A stretch of 62,498 bases of DNA, the filler included, from Stramenopiles sp. TOSAG23-2 (lineage: Eukaryota): NCBI GenBank assembly GCA_900128395.1. It is 8 parts of 8 records of this genome, joined end to end, with 100 filler letters (N's around TTAATTAATTAA, not from the genome) between each part and the next. Parts side by side here need not be neighbours in the genome. Positions count along the whole stretch, not along the records: positions 46,303 to 57,762 come from LT649933.1; positions 57,863 to 59,341 come from LT652822.1; positions 59,442 to 60,920 come from LT652823.1; positions 61,021 to 62,498 come from LT652824.1; 4 more parts are not named here. One strand, written 5' to 3'. Below the pieces are notes generated by a model. That model made no database searches and was not told where the DNA came from. It saw only the letters and a list, made by a program, of their open reading frames with translations. Positions 55,922 to 62,498 of this stretch are shown piece after piece. Position numbers and translations under genes: made by a program. The stretch's first letter is position 1. Each line of letters begins with the position of its first letter.

Positions 55922-57762
55922 ATGACGTCGATTTCAAATGACAACAATAACAATACTATTGATAAGATAGATATACGAGGTGTAAAAATACAAGTATTGC
56001 AAGATATATCCAAACGATTGAATGAGGTGTGAAAATACAAGTATTGCAAGATATATCCAAACGATTGAATGAATTTAACAATGCAGAACGTGTATTTCAT
56101 GATGGTGTAAGTGCCATTAAATTAACTGATAATACTATTCAAGTACGTAGACTGGATAAAGATAATAACATTGTAAGAGAAAACATTATGTTGCAAAACA
56201 CGGAAATGCAACTAATAAAACCAAATATGAAAGCAGCAATTGGTGATCGTGTCAAAAATACTCAAAGTCAAAAATGTTTTGCAGTAACAAATGTAACTGA
56301 AAATGATAAATATACATTGACACCGATTAAAACTCCAGAGAAATTTAATCACGAAGCAAATTTTGCACATTGGGATTGGGATCTAACGAAGAATATTGTT
56401 GCTTCGAAATTACAACTTTGTAAATTGCAAGTTTCATATATGTGTGATGTTGAGAATGTAATTAAACTACAACAAAGCGTTGTATCAGAAGATGTATCTG
56501 GTCCATTTATTTGCTCTGCAAGAAAGTATTTTCCAACATGGCGTTTGGATAATATAAGTTTAACATCTGGAAAATGGTATTATGAAATTGAAGTGATTGG
56601 TGATGTAAGTGGGTCTTATCCTCAGTTTGGTTGGGCGGATGAAGCTTTTAAGTGTAATGGTCAAATAAATGGAGTTGGTGATTGTGAGCATAGTTGGGGT
56701 GTAGATGGGGATAGAAAACTTAAATGGTGGAATGGTAATTCTACATATGGAAAAGAATGGAAAGATGGCGATCGAATTGGTTTCGCTATCGATATTGATA
56801 ACAAAACTATTGGTTTTTACGTAAATAATGAATACCAAGGCGATGCATTTACCAATTGTAATTTCACTGGTGGTGTATACCCCGCATTTACATTAAGTGG
56901 TGATGGAGAAATGAAAATACGAGTATTTTTTGGTGGTGGCAACGGCAAATTGAATTTTAGTCCTCCGCAAAATTATAAATCAATTTATGAAGATTTTGAG
57001 ATACGCTATAAAAATCAAAAAAGAAATAATAATAATAATGAATCCAAAGCGTTTAAGAAAATAATAAAGCAAACTTCGCATGGTTTATTTGATGGCCATG
57101 GTAATAGTTACATTCGCGATACATTTATGACAACCAAAGATGCAATGGAAGAAATTACCAAATATGATACATCAGCTTGTAGATTATCCTATCTACAAGT
57201 ATTAGCTAGTTCAAATAATGATACACAAAAAGAAAGTGTCGGTAAAGCAAATTATTTTTTACCAGATTCATGGGAGTATAAATTTGACGTTGTTGTGCAA
57301 TCTTTGGTTGAAGTTGTTGATCGAGATAAGGATTATTTATGGTTTAGCATATGTACAATTAATCATCACATGTGGGACGACAATGATCTTCACATACCAG
57401 TTAAGGATGTAGCTGATAAGATTGGTAAATTGATTGTAATCTTGTTTCCTTGGAAAGTAAACGAGCTAAAAGAAGAATTTCCAAAAGGTACGCCATTAGT
57501 ATGTGCATGTGAAAAAGGACGTTTTGAGGATGTNNNNNNNNNNNNNNNNNNNNNNNNNNNNNNNNNNNNNNNNNNNNNNNNNNNNNNNNNNNNNNNTTCC
57601 AAAAGGTACGCCATTAGTATGTGCATGTGAAAAAGGACGTTTTGAGGATGTAAAATTATTGATCGCAGGGCGTAATAATGATGTGAATGGTAGTAATGGT
57701 AATAATGATAATATGACATTGAAAGAATACGTGAATCAAGAAGGTAAAGATAGTGATGGTAA
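55922..57762 (+). CDS. SPRY domain + degenerate SHxW-type domain + ankyrin-repeat mosaic protein (3'-truncated; 47-nt duplication near the start)
   Basis: SPRY (GKWYYEIEV, PQFGWA, GVGDCEHSWGVDG, WKDGDRIGFAID, YPAFTL); TPLVCACEKGRFEDVKLLI is ankyrin-like; ATG 55922 is in frame once the 47-nt duplicate is removed. Confidence 0.75.
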
Positions 57763-57862
57763 NNNNNNNNNNNNNNNNNNNNNNNNNNNNNNNNNNNNNN
57801 NNNNNNTTAATTAATTAANNNNNNNNNNNNNNNNNNNNNNNNNNNNNNNNNNNNNNNNNNNN

Positions 57863-58538
57863 ATTCAACATCATCGATATATAACGCTTCATCATATGTC
57901 ATATCTTTACTATCAGCAATTAGATTCACCACGACGCTACGGACAGGACGTGTAGCAGGGACAACTACATATTTTTTTTTCCATCCATATGTACCTGTAT
58001 GTGGAACAATTTTATGATTTAATGAAAATGTACCATCCATATAATTTACATCTATAGAAATGGATGGTGGACTTTCTAATTGTTCTCCAGCTATCCACGC
58101 TGTTAAAATAACTTTCGCTGGTTTTTCCGATCGTATCTCAACATGTTGCATTACACCACAACCTTCCCCGTTTCTATCCATTTTCAATGCAATATTACCA
58201 GTGTGAGATACAAATGGTTTTGCTAAAGGGGCGTGGCCAACACGAAATGATTGCCAATCGTCTAAATTTGTACCAGATAAAGTAAACGATGATCCTTCAT
58301 CACTGCCTTTAGGTCTCCATGTATGTTCAAAAGATGGATTCAATAGTAATTGCTTTAATTTTTCCGTGGATGGTAATACGGATGATGGTGATGCAGAAAC
58401 TGCTGTTGAAAAATGAATATTTATAATGAACAATAGGATGTATATTATTCCTCCCAATTTATTAAAATATTTATTATTATTATTATTATTAAATTGATGA
58501 TAATAATAATATGAAAATATATTATTATTCTGATTCAT
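57863..58538 (-). CDS. Secreted protein with carbohydrate-binding-module-like (galactose-binding fold) domain; 3'-truncated
   Basis: Hydrophobic signal (GIIYILLFIINIHFSTAVSA), LLNPSFE, HTGNIALKM, GTYGWKK, LYIDDV. Confidence 0.6.
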
Positions 58539-58919
58539 ATTATATTATTAATTTTTCCTCGTATGTAATATGTAGTATGTGTGTGTGTGTGTGTGTTCAA
58601 TAGTGCGTTGAATTATGCCAATGGATATATATTTTATGTGTGTTTATATGTATACACACACAATGGTGTATGTATATATGTATTTCTTCTATTATTTCTT
58701 CCAGTCAACAAATATGCATTTTTAATAATACTATAAAATATATATATAATAATATATTCATCATGCAAATGAAACAACAATACAATACAACGATCCTCCT
58801 TTTATATAGATATATAGATATATATGCATATATAGTTCATCCTTCTTTTTGTATATATATGTAAATGATTATTGAGAGAGAATTTGTTTGGTTGATTAAA
58901 TAAAAAAAAAATAAAAACA

Positions 58920-59341
58920 ATGAATATATTAAAACGTAATTATATTATAAATCAAAGAAAATATTGTAGTTTCGTAAAATCATTTTCATATTTTAATAAT
59001 AATAATCATCATAACAATGCAAACCAAAGAAACTTTTCTTCCAAAATACCATCAACGAATGATTTTTTAATAGAGAATAATAAAGATGTCAAAACAACAG
59101 TTCGTTTAAATAAAGCAATTTCAATTGTATCTGGAATATCACGTCGTGAAGCTGATAAATATATCATTGATAGAAAAGTTAGTATTAATGGTGATTTAAT
59201 AACTAATTTAGCAACAAAAATTAATTTAGAAAAGGATGAAATTAGTATTGATGGCGAACAGAAACATTTTAATAAAGAGAAAATATTGAAAATAATAATA
59301 ATAATAATAATAATCAACAGAAAAATGAAATAAACGTCGAA
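58920..59341 (+). CDS. S4-domain protein, probably an organellar RsuA/RluB-type pseudouridine synthase; 3'-truncated
   Basis: Mitochondrial-type presequence (RNFSS), VRLNKAIS..SRREADKYIIDRKVSING...DEISIDG; catalytic domain not present in the contig. Confidence 0.7.
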
Positions 59342-59441
59342 NNNNNNNNNNNNNNNNNNNNNNNNNNNNNNNNNNNNNNNNNNNNTTAATTAATTAANNN
59401 NNNNNNNNNNNNNNNNNNNNNNNNNNNNNNNNNNNNNNNNN

Positions 59442-60920
59442 TTCTTTTCAACTTATGAAATTCAAATTATAACTGGTGATAAGCGTGGTGCTTCGACTTC
59501 TTCGAACGTATTTGTATCTTTGTATGATAATAATAATAATGAATACAAAGTACCTGTGGATCCAACTACTACTTTCGAGCGCAATGAAATGACCACACTA
59601 TTATTAGAAAACTCTGACATCAAAAGTTTAGATGAAATTTGTAAGATACGTGTAGGTCATGATGGTGAGAATGAAGTTGGTTCAGGTTGGTTTTTGGACC
59701 GTGTAATAATAAGTAGCGAAGATAGTAATAAAAATTATAATAAAGATGAAAATAGTAAAACTCTTCATTATGAGAGTGATAATAATAATAATTATAACAA
59801 CAATAATGATAGCATTGAGTTTTTTTTACATGGATGGATTGGTAAGAGTGATTCTGGCGGTATCGATGGACCGTTAATACAAGATATAGATTTATTTGAT
59901 GACAACGCCCATGTTGAAGAAGTTTTTGATATAAACGCCTTACCAGCACAATCACCATATAAATTAGATGTTGGTGGATTTTGCATTCCACATCCTGAAA
60001 AAGTGAAACAAGGTGAAAAAGCTGTATGTGCAAATACATATGGTTATGGTGGTGAAGATGCTTATTTTACATTAGGCAAGGGTGGTAACTTTATTGGCAT
60101 CGCAGATGGAATCTATGAGTGGCGGGATCGAGGTATAGATGCTGGTTTATTTTCAAGAGCGTTGATGACTGGTGCTTCGGAATATGCTACTGATGCAATT
60201 ATGAAGGATAAATTTGTCACGTCAAAAGATTTATTTCGTGCTGCTGCTGCACATGCAAGAAATTCAGGCTTGCAAGGCAGCTCTACTCTCTGTATTTTTG
60301 GATTAATACCTTATGAAGGGTTTCATGAAATGAAGGATGATATGCATTTAAATTACAAAATGAGGATTACGAAACTCGGGAAACGAAAAATTTACCCGAC
60401 ACATTTTGACGGTAATGAAACTATAAATGATATATTATCGAGTATGTTAAACAATGTAAATGGTTCGAAAGCCATGGTAGGGCAAGTGACAAACTTAGGA
60501 GATTCTGGCATTTTAGTTGGACGCCCATCCACTGGAGAAATTTTGTTTCGTACACCTCAGCAAGAGCATGATTTCGGTTTTCCATATCAACTTGGACACG
60601 AAGGTATAGCAGATGGTGTTGATGATGCAGAGGTGTATTTAGTTGGTAATATCATTGAAGGTGATGTCATCATCGCAGGAAGTGATGGTTTATTTGATAA
60701 TTTATCCGATGTTGAAATTTTAAGTCATGCATCTAATTTTCCTGAAAAATCACCACAGCAAATCTCTATGCAACTCATAAATGCGGCTTTTGAAAAGTCA
60801 ATAGATAAAAAGGCTGATACTCCTTACTCAAACGCAGCAACGGAAGAGTTTAATATAATTTACCGTGGTGGTAAAAAAGATGATATTGCGTGTGTTGTTA
60901 GTCGTGTGTCTCAAGTTAAA
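59442..60920 (+). CDS. PLAT/LH2 domain + PTC7-type PP2C phosphatase; truncated at both contig ends
   Basis: Open from 59442: YEIQIITGDKRGASTSSNVFVSL..FERN..IRVGHD..GWFLDRV (PLAT); GEDAYF, IADG, NLGDSG, GSDGLFDN, GGKKDDI (PTC7-type). Confidence 0.88.
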
Positions 60921-61108
60921 NNNNNNNNNNNNNNNNNNNNNNNNNNNNNNNNNNNNNNNNNNNNTTAATTAATTAANNNNNNNNNNNNNNNNNNNNNNNN
61001 NNNNNNNNNNNNNNNNNNNNTGTAACATGAGAAATGAATAAATACATGGTGTTAGTAAAATGCTTCACAGCTATTATTGGATGTTTGTGTATATATGGAT
61101 ATACCTAC

Positions 61109-62491
61109 ATCCTCTGCCACCTCTTGCAGGCTATTATTTTAATATAGAAATTATTGTTGTTTTTGAAAAAAAACACAGGTTAGATATCATAATTTGCAAA
61201 AGAATAATAGAATGTGTTGGCTGTTTATCATTACGTACTGGGCCACGGCCTCGACCTCGACCTCTACTACCACCTCTTGCTGTGTAAAATGATTTCGAAT
61301 AAGAATCATCAATGGCGCAAAAAAAATGTATAAATGTATTAATAATATGTTAGATTTCTAATCGTCTATATAAATAAAATCGTATGTTTAAATGCATTTG
61401 CTACTTGATTGATTTATCGTTTTATTTCAACAATCCATAATTACTTACGTGGTGGACCTCTTGGCGCTGTTGTAAATGATTCGTTTCAATATAAAATGTT
61501 AATGTTAGTTAAAACTTTGCATAATGAAATTTCAAAGATCGTAAAGAAGCTACTACCGATATCAAAGAACATTAAGATCTACGTACGTCCTCCTCTTGGT
61601 GGCGGTCCCCTAGGCGCTGTTGTAAATGGTTTAACGTAAAACAAGATAATGTTAGTTAGATTTTTTTGTTTTCATACTCATTTTCAAAAGCTTTAATCAG
61701 ATGAATTTTCTACGTACGTCCTCCTCTTGGCGGCGGACCTCTAGGTGCTGTTGTAAATGGTTTATTTCAATGTAAAACAAGATAATGTTAGTTATGGTTT
61801 GGTTGTTTTTTTAGTTTCATACTCATTTTCAAAAGCTATAATCAGATGAATTTTCTACATACGTCCTCCTCTAGGTGCTGAATGTTAAATGGTAATGTTA
61901 GTTATCTTTCATAATCAAATTTCAAAGATCGTAAAGAATCTACGTACGTCCTCCTCTCGGTGGCGGCCCCCTTGGTGCTGTAAATGGTTTGTTTCAATGT
62001 GAAGATAGTGTTAGTAATGTTTCGTAACATTTTTCTAAAGTTTTGTTGATTATTAAGATCTACATACGTCCTCCTCTCGCTATGATATTATCATCAATAA
62101 TAAATGTATGATGTGTATTTATGTTAGTGTTGTGGAATCGTCCATATGTGGAATGTGAAAACGTATGTACGTGTATGTGTGTGTGTGTATATATATACGC
62201 ATGCCGTATTCCAGCTGCAATAATTATTTCATCCATTGCATGAACATTACTTACGTGGTGCCCCACGACCTGCTGCTTTTCATTTGTTAGTAAATTCATG
62301 TTGTGTTAGTAAATTCATATTGTGTTATTAATTCAATTTGTATGATTTTATGTAGTATGTATATAAAGAAATATATATGTATAAGATCCTTGGTACCATG
62401 TATATATATATATATATCAAAGCAAATGCCTATCCATAATAACAATGTTCCAGTTCTACTAATTAATTTAACGTACGTGCTCGTCCAGGTG
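61109..62491 (-). CDS. Internal part of a micro-exon gene encoding Pro/Arg/Gly (PPRGG/RGG) repeats; 10 exons
   Basis: Exons 62477-62491, 62255-62272, 62068-62079, 61948-61977, 61863-61877, 61718-61747, 61587-61616, 61449-61466, 61239-61279, 61109-61130; each flanked by YAG and GTANGT; the spliced frame has no stop. Confidence 0.85.
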
Positions 62492-62498
62492 CTGTTAA

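Noticed and set aside
57478-57652. Duplicated ankyrin-start sequence on both sides of an N gap
   Set aside because: Most likely an overlap artefact at the gap; the apparent frameshift cannot be trusted.
59280-59341. Poly-Ile C-terminus and early stop of the S4 protein
   Set aside because: An AAT tract read in the wrong frame; the alternative frame gives NNNNNNNQQKNEINVE. Probably an indel error near the contig end.
857-60039. Numerous 60-200-aa antisense or overlapping ORFs (poly-L, I, V, Y)
   Set aside because: Shadows of real genes and of AAT/GAT trinucleotide tracts.
11480-61020. Recurrent TTAATTAATTAA palindrome and the regular ~11.5-kb / 1.5-kb spacing
   Set aside because: Artificial linker between size-sorted contigs; not biological, and it invalidates any gene-cluster inference across linkers.
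61440-62080. CRISPR-like repeat-spacer array
   Set aside because: Repeats vary in length and at synonymous codon positions, are bounded by splice signals, and the spacers are homologous to each other; no cas genes; eukaryotic context. Micro-exons explain it better.
62195-62220. Possible extra micro-exon inside the 175-nt intron
   Set aside because: 16 nt, weak GTATAT donor, breaks the frame and does not encode the repeat.
1-62498. Alternative genetic code, tRNA/rRNA genes, transposases or viral genes
   Set aside because: Conserved proteins translate fully in the standard code and TAA, TAG and TGA all appear as stops; no RNA-gene or mobile-element signatures were recognised by eye.

Overview
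AT-rich, gene-dense, intron-poor eukaryotic (protist, probably stramenopile-like; inferred) draft DNA. The window is not contiguous: it is 8 unrelated contigs or scaffolds (11479, 11478, 11473, 11472, 11460, 1479, 1479, 1478 bp) joined by 100-nt N/TTAATTAATTAA linkers, so gene adjacency across linkers means nothing. Recognisable genes: rifampicin-phosphotransferase/PigC-architecture dikinase, RBM25-like RRM protein, Ariadne RBR ligase, P2X-like channel with EF-hands, tandem OSCA/TMEM63 pair, SOL-type calpain, membrane protein with a dynein microtubule-binding-like domain, DNA polymerase alpha, TFIIF large subunit, CH-SH3 protein, Baeyer-Villiger monooxygenase, 3-exon soluble adenylyl cyclase, SGNH hydrolase, GMC oxidoreductase fragment, SPRY-ankyrin mosaic, S4-domain protein and PLAT-PP2C. 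The most striking item is invisible in the ORF track: the last contig carries a minus-strand array of 10 micro-exons (12-41 nt; eight are symmetric, phase 1-1 and 3n long) that splice into a PPRGG/RGG repeat polypeptide. Also notable: a recurrent, often palindromic TACGAA(G) motif just downstream of stop codons, an E2F+CHR-like element upstream of POLA1, a 47-nt AGGT tandem duplication that could act as a newborn intron, and several tail-to-tail gene collisions that are probably chimeras.
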